Source: Planctomycetota bacterium
Lineage (GTDB): Bacteria > Planctomycetota > PLA2 > JAEUHO01
Assembly (NCBI GenBank): GCA_050248855.1
Contig: JBFWRP010000002.1
Coordinates: 1-64,000, forward strand
DNA length: 64,000 nucleotides
Direction: 5' to 3'
The notes under the pieces are model-generated. The model had not been told where the DNA came from. It did not search any database and saw only the letters and a program-made list of their open reading frames with translations. Below are positions 49,858 to 60,210 of the stretch, one piece after another. Position 1 is the stretch's first letter; each line of letters begins with the position of its first letter. Both the position numbers and the translations under genes were made by a program.

Positions 49858-51003
49858 TCATGACAGTTCGTTCAACATGCGGCCCAGTTGACGGTAGCGG
49901 TTTACCGCCGCGTGGTAGTCCGACACGTCGGCCTTGTAGGCCGTAGGAGAGTATGCACGCTGCCCCAAGGCCTTGAGGTGCAGTCGCTCACAGATGTCGC
50001 CGAGGCGGGCCGCGGCGTCGTACAGAGCCGCGCAGTACTGCTGGAGCGTGTCCAGGGGTGCTTTCGGCATACGTCCTCCGCTGGCACGAATGTCGGCGCC
50101 GATCTCGGACAATCGGTGAGAGCAGGCCGTTAGGGAGCGCGCATGCGCTCCAAAGTCCACCCTCTTGAACAGCCCCGGGATCGGCACAACCCGCCGAACT
50201 GAGACCTTGAACACATCGTCGTGAATGGCGATGTAGTTGTGGAGGACGCTTCCGATTCGGGCAAGCATCTCTTGGCGGATTGCAGGGTGGCCGTAAGGAA
50301 CTGGCGGCCGGTCCTGGGGTTGGCGTCCGCCGCCTTGGTGACCACCGATGACACGATGCACGAACGCCTGATCCACTCGGCACCAGCCGGAGTCGCGCCC
50401 CCCCGTGCGTCGCAGTAGGTCGCCAAACTCCGCTTCGAGCGGAGCGTAATGATCGGAGTGCGTCAGGTACGCCCTGTTCTCATCTCTAGAATCGGTGTCC
50501 AGAAACACCAAGTCCGTGGCTGATCCCAGGTCATCGTTGTGCCCTGCTTCGCCCGCAAACCAGAATCGATCGCGGGGAACGTCGGGGTTCCCACCGAACT
50601 GCGTCCACAGACCGTACTTGAGCATCTCGATGATTCGATCATCGAGACTCAACTCAAAGGTGTGCATCTTCTCGATGAGTGCATCTCGCGTTGGCACAAT
50701 CCGCAGAACGTAGTTCGGCAGGATCCCGACGAAGCGAACCGCCTCGGGCTCCAAGCGGATTACCCCGTCCGCATCGGGCTCCCGCACCCACACCATGAAC
50801 TTGCGTGCTTGGTCGTGGTACAGCACGCTGCTGACCAGCCCTTGACAGCCACAGCCCGGGCACGTCGTCCAGTTCAAGCGGTTGTGCATCAGGTCGGCGC
50901 GAAGGTCCGGGCGCAGCGTCCCGTTGACCGACGACCAGTATGTCGCCTCGTAGGCTGTCAGGCAGACGCTGCACTCAAGCGTTTGGACCTCGGGCGTGCT
51001 CAT
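49858..51003 (-). CDS. CpXC-domain protein
   Basis: CSVC...WSSVN...CPGCG....VLYHD and LIEKMHTFELSLDDRIIEMLK. Confidence 0.75.
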   Translation of the reverse strand: MSTPEVQTLECSVCLTAYEATYWSSVNGTLRPDLRADLMHNRLNWTTCPGCGCQGLVSSVLYHDQARKFMVWVREPDADGVIRLEPEAVRFVGILPNYVLRIVPTRDALIEKMHTFELSLDDRIIEMLKYGLWTQFGGNPDVPRDRFWFAGEAGHNDDLGSATDLVFLDTDSRDENRAYLTHSDHYAPLEAEFGDLLRRTGGRDSGWCRVDQAFVHRVIGGHQGGGRQPQDRPPVPYGHPAIRQEMLARIGSVLHNYIAIHDDVFKVSVRRVVPIPGLFKRVDFGAHARSLTACSHRLSEIGADIRASGGRMPKAPLDTLQQYCAALYDAAARLGDICERLHLKALGQRAYSPTAYKADVSDYHAAVNRYRQLGRMLNELS

Positions 51004-51112
51004 GTCTCCCCCACGTGCGGCGGCTCCGCGACGTGGCGACGCCCCCGAGCGGCTGCCAAGCCGATCTGAGGTGCGCCGCGGACAAGCACGTTGACACAGC
51101 CCTCATGAAGTT

Positions 51113-51814
51113 CTACTTCTTGTCAGCGACGCAGGCCCGCTGGAACTCCGCCTTCCTCTTGACCAGCGCGGGCAGGGTCGTGAGGTCAACTTTCGAGATC
51201 GGGATCTGCACGTAGGGATGCGTCTGATCCCTACAAGTGCTGATTCTGAGGTGGCCGTCCACGATCTGGATGGCGTCCATGCTGTCAATGCCGTAGGGAC
51301 GAGCCCACCTGAAGCGTTGAAGTCGTCCTTGGATGGACGCCCTCAGAAGGGCCTCGTCGGTGGAGTCCTGATACACGCAGCCGTCGCCGTCGCGATAGGT
51401 GGGGAGAGACCGCAAGCCCTTGATCGTCGTGACTACGGTGGCGGAATCCGGAGGATAGTCGAGGGACTTGTAGGCCGGGTTCGCTCGCGCCCATATGCGA
51501 TCATCGCAGAGTCTTCGTCTCGCAGCCTTCAACTCCGCCTCGGCGGCCTCGCGCCACTTTCCCAGGCGGCGTACGTCCTTGGCCAGAATCACGATCCCCT
51601 TGAACGAAGGGGCGCGGTTGTGGTGCTGCCCCCAGCGCCCTGACATCCACTCTCGATAGCCGATCAGCGCCCTTTCGTGAGGGACGCTGTTCGCCGCGCA
51701 GCGTGCGCCCCAGGCTGGGCTGCCCTTCAGGTGGACGTGGTCTTCGGGGACGCCGTCGATGACGTTGATGCCAGACATCAAGTGGTTACTCCAAGGAGAA
51801 GGGCGCCAACTCAC
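51113..51814 (-). CDS. Hypothetical protein
   Basis: 233-aa ORF with no recognised motif. Confidence 0.45.
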   Translation of the reverse strand: MSWRPSPWSNHLMSGINVIDGVPEDHVHLKGSPAWGARCAANSVPHERALIGYREWMSGRWGQHHNRAPSFKGIVILAKDVRRLGKWREAAEAELKAARRRLCDDRIWARANPAYKSLDYPPDSATVVTTIKGLRSLPTYRDGDGCVYQDSTDEALLRASIQGRLQRFRWARPYGIDSMDAIQIVDGHLRISTCRDQTHPYVQIPISKVDLTTLPALVKRKAEFQRACVADKK

Positions 51815-52044
51815 CTACATGAGTTGGCGCCCAGTGATTGCGCCAGCGCCCCGGCCCCTTCTGGGGCTATCGAGACGCTTACCGGCGCCTTCTTCGGTTC
51901 ATCCCCGCATGTGCGGAGAGAGGTGCCGCGTTGTAGGCCACGTGCGCCATGGAGAGTTAGATACAGGGTGATCTTGGACGGCGACCGGGAATCTCAGAAT
52001 CTCGCGAGCGGGCTCGCCGCCAGTGAATGACGGGCAATCGGTTG

Positions 52045-53943
52045 TCAGCCCCGTCCACCGGCCGCCGAGCGCACCTCCAGGATCTGCGCGGGCGCCAGAC
52101 CCACGGACGAGTCCCTCTCGAAGCCCACCGTGCCATCGCCCTCAGGCACTCCAGGATGCGCTGTGGGCGCCACCTCCATGTCGGCGACATCGTCAGGGGA
52201 TTCTGCGCTGATCCACGTCTCCGGTGATTCTGCGGGGTCCTGCGCCAACTCAGGCTCGATCACGTCGCCGTTCTCATCGAGGCAGACGTACTCGCTTCCC
52301 AGGCCGGTCGCCCGATTGCCGAGGTAGACACACCTCACGAGGCCATCGACTTCCAATCGTCGTAGAAGTCTCCCCGCTGCGTCAGGATGTAGGCCCAAGA
52401 GACTCCCGGCGGTACTCCACGCCATCGCCACCCTACCGGCCTCGATCTTGCCCGATGACGAGGGTGACTGGCATGCTGCGAACATCACGTTGGCTAGTCT
52501 CTCCAGCCTCTCACGTGCGTCAGTTCTCTTGGCCGTGATCTTCCTTAGTGCCGGATGCGCCACCTCATGTGTCTGGATCCACTCGATCCACTTCCCCTTG
52601 CCCCCAAAGATCGGCATCTCCAAGTAGCAGCGCCGGAACTCCTGGAGGCTTTCCTCTTCCCCCGTCTTGCCGTCGTACGCCCTGAACCAAATCGAGTGGA
52701 CGTACTTGATCTCCCCTTCGCTTAGGGCTTGGTCATCAATGAATGATCGCCTCAACTCGACAACGATCTCGGCCATGATCGAGTTCCTACGACCAGCCCT
52801 TGGCCTCTCCGCTCTCTCCACCAGAGCCTCGATGTGCCTAACAAAGGATATGTCTGACACTCTGCTCTTGCTAAGTGCAGGACAATTACCACTCCTCTCG
52901 TGCGCGCGCTGAAGAGACCCTTGTGTCCTCTTGCTGTTGCCCTTTGTGGGAGGGGAGTGTCTGTTGTCTCCTATCTCGATCCTAGGGTTCACATCTCTCG
53001 GGGCCGCCAGGCCCCCCGAGCGCTTGCGCTCGGCTCTCTTGGTCTTGACCACAGGAGGTAGAGAGGAGAGTCTCGTCCTCTCTTCCAGGTCCATCGCCTC
53101 GACAAGACGGTCATCGACGCCCGGGAGAAGATCGCTCACATGATAGACCCTTGAGAAATCAGCCTCGATGACCTGGCAGATGTCCACATCGGAGAGGGTC
53201 ATCTCCTCTGGGCCTGACCAGGATCTTCCGAGACAGGTGGCGAGAGGGGAGTGATCTTTGTAATTGATGGATCCAGGCACCCGGAGCAGCCGAGACACGT
53301 CCTTTGCGTCGTCGGCCTGCTGGTGGGCCTCAACAAAGCGCTTGATGAGGGGGGCGGCCACCTTGGCTGTGAGAGGCTCTCGGAGGCTCCAGTAGACGTG
53401 GAGTCCGTGACCCGTCCAGACGGCCATGGTGGGCTGGGGGAGGCTGGAGAGGCCGTCCAGGGCGTCCTGGATGCCGTCGTAGGTGAGGCCGTCGATGTCG
53501 AGGGCGAAGGCAGGGCAGTCGAGCATGTTCTGAAGCCTGCTGTGTCCACTGCCTGTCTTGGCGGTGGAGACTCGGCGCCAGTACACGTGGTAGCCGAGGG
53601 CGATCTTCTCGTCTACGTACTTCCTGAGGAGGTCGGGGTTCCTTTTCAGTTTGCCAATGATGAACCGCTTGGCGGCCTTGCGCTTGACGGTTTGGCCGCC
53701 GAGGAGGTGTCGTCGTCCTCGTGAGTCTGTGATGACCTTGATCTTCTTCTTGAACATCAATGCTTGATGGATGGAGACAACTTCGATCCGCTGGTCATCC
53801 ATTGAGGCCGGGTAGAGATCGAGGATGATCGTGGGATCCAGGGAGATGGCCGAGCCGTTCACGTCGTCCTCCCATGCGGCGAAGGAGGAGAACGCCCCGT
53901 GCGCTGTGGGAGGGAAAGACGTACCGACGAGAACCTGAAGCAC
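52045..53943 (-). CDS. RepB-type (AEP superfamily) DNA primase/replication protein with C-terminal winged HTH
   Basis: ALDIDG, PQPTMAVWTGHGLHVYWSL, KDVSRLLRVPGSINYK and C-terminal AGRLLRRLEVDGLV; start uncertain. Confidence 0.8.
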   Translation of the reverse strand: MLQVLVGTSFPPTAHGAFSSFAAWEDDVNGSAISLDPTIILDLYPASMDDQRIEVVSIHQALMFKKKIKVITDSRGRRHLLGGQTVKRKAAKRFIIGKLKRNPDLLRKYVDEKIALGYHVYWRRVSTAKTGSGHSRLQNMLDCPAFALDIDGLTYDGIQDALDGLSSLPQPTMAVWTGHGLHVYWSLREPLTAKVAAPLIKRFVEAHQQADDAKDVSRLLRVPGSINYKDHSPLATCLGRSWSGPEEMTLSDVDICQVIEADFSRVYHVSDLLPGVDDRLVEAMDLEERTRLSSLPPVVKTKRAERKRSGGLAAPRDVNPRIEIGDNRHSPPTKGNSKRTQGSLQRAHERSGNCPALSKSRVSDISFVRHIEALVERAERPRAGRRNSIMAEIVVELRRSFIDDQALSEGEIKYVHSIWFRAYDGKTGEEESLQEFRRCYLEMPIFGGKGKWIEWIQTHEVAHPALRKITAKRTDARERLERLANVMFAACQSPSSSGKIEAGRVAMAWSTAGSLLGLHPDAAGRLLRRLEVDGLVRCVYLGNRATGLGSEYVCLDENGDVIEPELAQDPAESPETWISAESPDDVADMEVAPTAHPGVPEGDGTVGFERDSSVGLAPAQILEVRSAAGGRG

Positions 53944-54399
53944 GGCAACACGGGGCCACGTTGCCGGTAAGGCGTATCAAGAGCCAGCCCCGCTGAGCAG
54001 AGCGGATCGTAGTTATCAGGTATCTGCGTGGTGCGCATGTCCTCTCACAGCACCCTAGGTTTGCTTAGGGCGAAGTGCGAGGTCGCAACTTTTACTTGTT
54101 AACGGTACGGCTAGGCGTCGTGACGGCGGCCTGAAGGTGGGCCACGAACTTCGTCACCTGGTCGAAGAGGAAGCCCTCGTACTCCTTGAGGAGAGCCGTT
54201 GTGCGCTCGGCTTCGACCGTAGAAGGAGGTCATCAATGATCGGCTGCTCGGGCAGCCGCTCGACGACGGCGGTGCTCTCAATCCCCATGTTAGTTCGTCC
54301 GTCGTGGTGTCCTTCCCCCCCCTGCATCTACGTTTGCCCAAAACAAATGAGAGCCGGGCCAGCACGAGGCCAGCCCGGCTCGGGGTTCACACGAGAAGG

Positions 54400-55140
54400 T
54401 CACGCCGAGATGGGGCCTCGGCTCAGCACATGTACGCTTGAACGAAGCGCCTCGACCAGCGTCGAGTCCACGGCAAGCCCCGGCCACGCAAGCACCAAGC
54501 CGAGCGCACGCAGGAGCACGTCGAGCAACTCGCTTGGCTCGGCACAGGGGCCGCTCTGAACCTCCATCAGGAGGTCCGACGCGAGTTCAAGGGGTCTGAG
54601 GCCGGGGTGGCAAATGGCGCTCTCCGTGAGGGTGAACTGGGCTGTGTCACTTGTGGAGGCCTCCTGGGCATCAGCCCCCCTTGCACTTGCCTGGCGGATC
54701 TTCTCTCGACGTGCGTCCTGCCGGTCGTCGCTCGCTCTAAGACGCTCGCGCACGTGGTCTTGCGCTTGGACTCCGGTCCACCCGTGCGCCTTGGCCCTCT
54801 CCACTAGGTCGCCTGCGATCACCCTGACACGCTGAGCCTCGTCAGCGTCGAGATCATGCCTCCCCCGTAGCCCGGCCTCGCAGCGGCCGAGCCGTTCCGC
54901 TGCGCGGAGGACATCGATTCGGGCATCCGGCCACGTCTCGCCCCAGATGACCCACCTGACGCGGCGTTCTCTGATCATGTCCTCGCTCGGGGGGTCGCGG
55001 TGGCGCTCGACTAGGCCATCGTGGATTTCCTTGTCGGTGCATCCCGCCTGATGGCACGCGTGGTAACTCGCGCCCTCGTCCTTGGGATGGACGGCCGCCG
55101 CGGCTGCGGCGTCAAGAGACTTGCATTTCATGTCATTCAT
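54400..55140 (-). CDS. Hypothetical protein
   Basis: 246-aa ORF followed by a hairpin gagccgggc/gcccggctc at ~54351-54381. Confidence 0.5.
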   Translation of the reverse strand: MNDMKCKSLDAAAAAAVHPKDEGASYHACHQAGCTDKEIHDGLVERHRDPPSEDMIRERRVRWVIWGETWPDARIDVLRAAERLGRCEAGLRGRHDLDADEAQRVRVIAGDLVERAKAHGWTGVQAQDHVRERLRASDDRQDARREKIRQASARGADAQEASTSDTAQFTLTESAICHPGLRPLELASDLLMEVQSGPCAEPSELLDVLLRALGLVLAWPGLAVDSTLVEALRSSVHVLSRGPISA

Positions 55141-55228
55141 TCTCGGTACCTCGTGACTGCGACTACTCGCAACCTAGGTACGAGCGAGAGCAACCACGGC
55201 GTCATGCAAGCAACTCGTACATACCGGC

Positions 55229-56011
55229 ATGAAGAACGTCACGGCGCCGCTGCGCTACATTGGTGGCAAGCGATTCGCGATACCATTCATCCTCCCCCTC
55301 CTCGGGTCGTACGAGGAGTACCGAGAGCCATTCGTCGGGGGAGCGTCCGTGCTATCCGCCGCGGTGGAGCGAAAGCCCTTCGCCCTGTACTGGGCGAACG
55401 ACCTCGACGGGGACTTGGTGAACTTCTATCGCGTCCTACAGAGTGCGCCGAGGGCCCTTGCGGCAGCGCTCCTGAACGTTCACGACCGGAAGATGAGCCT
55501 TGACGGGAGACTCGTCTGGGACGAGTGTGCGCGCCCGGCGCGTAGCCGACTCGATCAGGCAGCGCGGTTTTGGCTCTTGAACGCATGTCGGTTCAACGGC
55601 GCGCCGGGCCGCGGATACACGCAGTGGTCATGGGCCGAGAACTTTTCACGTGGCCGGATCGAAGGACTCGCCGCCTGCGCGCAACTGCTCCACAGCGTGC
55701 AGTTCAGCGAGGGCGACTACGAGAGGCTCTTCGTGGCTCCGGGAAGCAGTGTGGTCATTTACGCGGATCCTCCCTACTGCGACAACGCAGACACCGGATT
55801 CTACCGGGGTCATGAATCCTTCGACCATGAGCGCCTACGTGAGGTTGCCATGGCATCTCCGCATCGTTGGGTCCTCTCCTACGATGATTCGCTCTTGATT
55901 CGTGACATGTACGCCGACTGCCACGTGCGCGAAATCACCTTCCCCTACGCCGGGAACAACGGCCGCCTCAAGCGTGAGTTGCTGATCTCAAATCGGCCCA
56001 TGCCCCAGTAG
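55229..56011 (+). CDS. Dam-family (D12 class) N6-adenine methyltransferase
   Basis: PLRYIGGK, YREPFVGGASV, WANDLD..LVNFY, YADPPY and ELLISN. Confidence 0.92.
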   Translation: MKNVTAPLRYIGGKRFAIPFILPLLGSYEEYREPFVGGASVLSAAVERKPFALYWANDLDGDLVNFYRVLQSAPRALAAALLNVHDRKMSLDGRLVWDECARPARSRLDQAARFWLLNACRFNGAPGRGYTQWSWAENFSRGRIEGLAACAQLLHSVQFSEGDYERLFVAPGSSVVIYADPPYCDNADTGFYRGHESFDHERLREVAMASPHRWVLSYDDSLLIRDMYADCHVREITFPYAGNNGRLKRELLISNRPMPQ

Positions 56012-56035
56012 CAAATCCGACGGTCGTCGGGTTTG
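56012..56035. terminator. Hairpin between convergent genes
   Basis: caaatccgac/gtcgggtttg stem immediately after the methylase stop. Confidence 0.5.
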
Positions 56036-56290
56036 AGTCCCATGCCCGGCTAGCAGGCGCCCGCCCGGCGAAGGGACCACACCCGACGCTTCCCGGCGCC
56101 CGCCCAGGTGGTGCGTACGGGGCCGAATCGCTCCTCAGCCATGGTCGGTCCTCCTGGACGCTGCCTACGCCAGCCACCTCTACCAGGTGCGCGCATCCAT
56201 GATCAGTGGCCCGCTTCGCCAGCGTGATGCTGCGGCGCTGTTGGAAGAGGTCATCCGCCCGTTGCAGGAGTTGAGCGAGGTCGAGTCGGC

Positions 56291-57040
56291 CTAGGCGTCG
56301 ATGCGGGCTTCTTGGACGCAGGCGACGAAGCGGTCCCATGTATCGGCCGAGTCCCACGGCAGTTCCCCCAAGTCGGGGTGATTCCAGCCTCTGAGACCAA
56401 CCTCTTCGGTAGTGTCTCCGACATCGACGTAGAAGGCGCACCAGTTGATGTCGAAGTAGAAGTTGTCGGTGTTGCGCTGATGATCGTCATCGTAGAAACT
56501 ACCGTACTTGTCCTGCGCCCAGGCGTCGTGGATCTCGTCCTCGCCAAGCACCGTCAGGAGGCGAGTCCTGAGGTCGGCCCTCTTGTTCTCCTCTTCCTCG
56601 ATGTCCTCGATGTCTGAGTCGGCGTGGGCGACCCGCTCTGGACAGGTCATGTACTCACCATCGATCCACATGCCAACCCACTCGGCGGCCTTGTGCCACG
56701 CTCGCTCGCTGCGGATCTCTCGCTCCTTCTCGGGGCGAGGAGCGAGAGTGATCTCGCCCTTCTCGATCAGGATCTTGAGGCTATCCAGGTCGTCCCACGA
56801 GAAGATCGGCGCCCAGGGCAGGAGGATATCCCACCCTTCGGCGTCGAAAACCACGGGAACGTCCTTGTACCTCGTTTCGTAACATGACGGCCCTGACATC
56901 AAGACGAGCCGACCGACAGTCATGGTGACTTCGTCGTCCTCGTCGGACAGGTCTATCGACGGGTGGATGGATGGACTGGCGTCCATGAGAGCGCGCACCA
57001 AGAGGTAAACGTCAGTGAGGTCAGTGTCGGTGGTGGTCAT
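56291..57040 (-). CDS. Highly acidic hypothetical protein
   Basis: D/E-rich; ATGA coupling with the upstream gene. Confidence 0.65.
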   Translation of the reverse strand: MTTTDTDLTDVYLLVRALMDASPSIHPSIDLSDEDDEVTMTVGRLVLMSGPSCYETRYKDVPVVFDAEGWDILLPWAPIFSWDDLDSLKILIEKGEITLAPRPEKEREIRSERAWHKAAEWVGMWIDGEYMTCPERVAHADSDIEDIEEEENKRADLRTRLLTVLGEDEIHDAWAQDKYGSFYDDDHQRNTDNFYFDINWCAFYVDVGDTTEEVGLRGWNHPDLGELPWDSADTWDRFVACVQEARIDA

Positions 57041-57519
57041 GGCTTCGCCTCCCACGCTGCGCTCTCCTCATATGCGGAGAGGAGGGTGAAGCCGAAGGCC
57101 TCGTCTATCCCGACAAGTCGATCCTTAACCTTGGCCAACTCCTTCAGGAGGGAGGCCTTAGTCTCTTCATCCTCCTCATCGGCCATCTCTGGGTAGTTGG
57201 TCTCTAGATTCTCTACTTCGCGGCGAACGTCGGCCAGGAGCGCTGCGAGGATGTCGCCGTCGGCCTCGTCCCAGTCTCGTCCAATGATCAGGCCCCTGTT
57301 GTAGTCGTCGGCGAGGCCTGTGGCGTCACGTCTCTGGGAGCCGTACTCCACATCGACCGCCCACCCGTCTTGTGAGATCAGGAGATAGACCGAGTCATAA
57401 GTGGTCTCCAAGATCAGGAAGACCACAACGCCGTTGTGCCTCGTTGCGTTCGGGGAGCAGAGAGCGTACCTCACTGCATTGGCGATGGCGTCAAGGTCGG
57501 TGTTATCGGCTGTGGTCAT
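57037..57519 (-). CDS. Acidic hypothetical protein, possible paralogue of 56291-57040
   Basis: MTTADNTDL start; ATGA coupling at both ends. Confidence 0.65.
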   Translation of the reverse strand: MTTADNTDLDAIANAVRYALCSPNATRHNGVVVFLILETTYDSVYLLISQDGWAVDVEYGSQRRDATGLADDYNRGLIIGRDWDEADGDILAALLADVRREVENLETNYPEMADEEDEETKASLLKELAKVKDRLVGIDEAFGFTLLSAYEESAAWEAKP

Positions 57520-57863
57520 GGGGTGATTCCTCTGCGCTCCTCTAGAAGCAAACCGGACACGTAGGCAGGCGGTCGCCGATCGCTCGGCGGACTTGCTCGG
57601 GCGTGTCGAGACAACTCTGCGTTGATGTAGCAGTTCAGGTGGGGGCCGACTCGCTGTCGCGTGACGGTCATCGGCTGCATCGGGCTGCTCTGAGGCGTGG
57701 AGGTAGGGTGCGGCGGTCGCATGCTGCCCTGGGCGCCGGTCATCCGCTTCAGGCCTCTCCTGACGGGAGCCGTCTCCCACCTATAGCGCTGCGGTGTCCC
57801 CTCGCCGAATCTGCGCCGGTTCACGTCCGTCGGCAGTAGCACTCGAAAGGGAAGGCTCATCAC
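57516..57863 (-). CDS. Hypothetical protein
   Basis: Start and stop both overlap neighbouring genes by 4 bp. Confidence 0.4.
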   Translation of the reverse strand: MMSLPFRVLLPTDVNRRRFGEGTPQRYRWETAPVRRGLKRMTGAQGSMRPPHPTSTPQSSPMQPMTVTRQRVGPHLNCYINAELSRHARASPPSDRRPPAYVSGLLLEERRGITP

Positions 57864-58945
57864 AGGTCTCCACCCGACTGGTCTTCCCTAGGCCAATCGT
57901 CGAGCCCCATCTCCCGGAAAACGTCATCGACCGCCTTCCGAGTCTGGTCCTCGTCGTCAGGGCGCACCTCGCTCGCCGGGGAAGGACTGCAATCCTGCAA
58001 GTTTGCAGATTTGCAGCCCGCCTTCCCGAGGTCCACAGGGCGCCGGGGCCTCCCTCGCACCCGGAGCCCGATCGCGATCTCCCGTGACCAGGTCTCCTCG
58101 AAGCCATTGATCCAGTCGTACACGGCGCGCTGGGATGCGGTGATCCTCGGATGCGGCTCGACGAACTCCTCGAAGAGACGCTTCGTGTTCTTGTAGTTCC
58201 CCCCCAGGTGGGCCACGAGGACATCCACCTTGTCCTGGGGGAGAAGATCCACGTCGTCGAGGATGGCCGTCCGCCAGTCGTGGAGGCGAGCCGTGCTCGC
58301 GTGGAGGCGCTCTGCGTTGGCCAGGCAGCGAAAGTTTGGCTGGCTCATGAAGGGAAGGCAGCGGCTCCAGAAGTCGAAGACCTCCTGAACGCTTGCTCGG
58401 TACTGCGCTCTGTCCTGGACCTCTCGGGCAGGAGGAGCGAACCGCACCTTGATGGCTGCGCGGCTGACGATGGCCGCGATCTCAGGGTGGGCCATGTTCA
58501 GTGCGTTGAAGATCAGCAGGAACGGAGAGAGGGTCTCGAAGCGTCGAGCAAGGTCCGGCATCTCCTTGTCCCAGGTCAAAGTCCGAGGGCCGTCGCCGGA
58601 GTCGGTGAGCGCCCGCACGAGGGCGCGGAGTTCATCGCTCTTGTTCAGCGCGACATCCATGTCGTCGCCGATGATCGGTACGTCCTTGTGCTCTTGGGCG
58701 ATGCGGAAGAAGCCCTTGGCGCTCGCGGTGCCTCGTCCGGTGACCACTGGCGTATAGCCCAACCTACGCTTCGCCCGCCTGATGAGGCGGTCGATGGTGT
58801 CGGTCTTTGCCACGCCCGGCGCCGCCTGGACCATGGCGAACGGGATCTCCCCCTTGATTACGAGCCACGCGATCTCCTCGAACTCATCCAGCGTGGTGAT
58901 CACCCGCCAGTCTAGGTAGGCGGGACGAGGCTTCGGACGGGCCAT
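57860..58945 (-). CDS. P-loop NTPase-like protein
   Basis: Degenerate Walker A QAAPGVAKT and Walker B-like IIGDDMD; RBS aggag. Confidence 0.6.
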   Translation of the reverse strand: MARPKPRPAYLDWRVITTLDEFEEIAWLVIKGEIPFAMVQAAPGVAKTDTIDRLIRRAKRRLGYTPVVTGRGTASAKGFFRIAQEHKDVPIIGDDMDVALNKSDELRALVRALTDSGDGPRTLTWDKEMPDLARRFETLSPFLLIFNALNMAHPEIAAIVSRAAIKVRFAPPAREVQDRAQYRASVQEVFDFWSRCLPFMSQPNFRCLANAERLHASTARLHDWRTAILDDVDLLPQDKVDVLVAHLGGNYKNTKRLFEEFVEPHPRITASQRAVYDWINGFEETWSREIAIGLRVRGRPRRPVDLGKAGCKSANLQDCSPSPASEVRPDDEDQTRKAVDDVFREMGLDDWPREDQSGGDL

Positions 58946-59406
58946 CTGGTTGCTCCTATCGGCGGTCTTGGCGTCGAGCACTCTGCCGTGGGTCGCACGA
59001 ATCTTATGAGGCGAGTCGAGACCTACGTCGCCGACGCGCCCTCTCTCCATTCATAGTCGCAATCCTGAGTTTGGAAAGGGCCCAACATGGATTCTGCGTT
59101 GCCTTGTTGCCTGGGAAACACCCGCTGCTGCATGAGTAGCAGCCATTGAACCCCACTTCCGAGTCCCGTGGGGCGTGCCGCAACGTTGTGCTCGCGCTTC
59201 GCATGATGCATGGGAAACAGATTGTGATTCCCGCGCCGACCTGGTGCGCAGCAGCGGGTGCGGAGCCAAACACTAGAACTGATTTTGATATCCCCCCCCT
59301 TGACAGACTCAGATCGCTGGTACGGTGGATCATGCCAGCGCCGAACGCACGAGATCGCAGTTACGCATGTCCGCATCGGCGCATCGCGACAGGAGATCAG
59401 CGAGCG

Positions 59407-60210
59407 ATGTCTACACACACCACGATTGAGTGGACGGACCACACTTTCAATCCATGGCATGGATGCACGAAGGTCAGCCCAGAGTGCGCCAACTGCTATG
59501 CCTGCCTGTTCGACCGGAGGCAGATGCACGACGACAAGACTCACTGGGGTCGAGGAGCGCCTCGGATGCTCCTTTCCGACGGCAACTGGGGAAATCCCCT
59601 CGTCTGGCATCGAAGTGCGGAGCAACAGCGAAAGCGTCACAGGGTCTTCTGCGCATCCATGGCCGACGTGTTCGACGCAGAGGCGCCCGCCGCGGAGCGC
59701 CAGCGTCTGTGGGGGCTCATCGACGAGACGCCATGGCTTGACTGGCAGGTGCTAACGAAGCGCCCAGAGTACATCCTGGAGATGATTCCGGAGCGGTGGC
59801 TCGACGCTCCGCCGTCAAACGTCTGGTACGGAGCCAGTGTCGGCATCTCCGACACGACTTGGCGCATCGACGCCCTGCGTGAAGTGCCTGCCGTCGTGCG
59901 ATTTCTCTCGGTGGAGCCCCTGCTCGGGCCGCTCCCCGACCTCGACCTTGAGGGCATCTCCTGGGTGATCGCTGGTGGCGAGTCCGGGCCGAGGGCCCGT
60001 CCGATGCACATCGACTGGGTTCGCGGCATCCGCGACCAGGTTGTTGCGGCGGGCATCCCCTTCTTCTTCAAGCAGTGGGGCCAGCATGACGCGCACGGCG
60101 TGCGCCAGCGCAGCAAGAGCGCTGCGGGACGCGTCCTCGATGACCGGACCTGGGATCAGTTCCCGGTGCCCGGCAAGCCGATGCCGCGGATCGCGAAGGG
60201 AGTGCGGTGA
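59407..60210 (+). CDS. Phage Gp37/Gp68 (DUF5131) radical-SAM-like protein
   Basis: TTIEWTDHTFNPWHGCTKVSPECANCYA, VFCASMADVF, LTKRP, FLSVEPLLGP, WVIAGGESG and FFFKQWG. Confidence 0.92.
   Translation: MSTHTTIEWTDHTFNPWHGCTKVSPECANCYACLFDRRQMHDDKTHWGRGAPRMLLSDGNWGNPLVWHRSAEQQRKRHRVFCASMADVFDAEAPAAERQRLWGLIDETPWLDWQVLTKRPEYILEMIPERWLDAPPSNVWYGASVGISDTTWRIDALREVPAVVRFLSVEPLLGPLPDLDLEGISWVIAGGESGPRARPMHIDWVRGIRDQVVAAGIPFFFKQWGQHDAHGVRQRSKSAAGRVLDDRTWDQFPVPGKPMPRIAKGVR

Noticed and set aside
54090..54288. Small minus-strand gene upstream of the primase
   Set aside because: The protein-like sequence is split over two frames with no recognisable motif, so it cannot be supported.
59300..59326. TTGACA ... 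TACGGT as a sigma70 promoter for the DUF5131 operon
   Set aside because: The spacer is only 15 bp and the -10 is weak, so it is not supportable from sequence alone.
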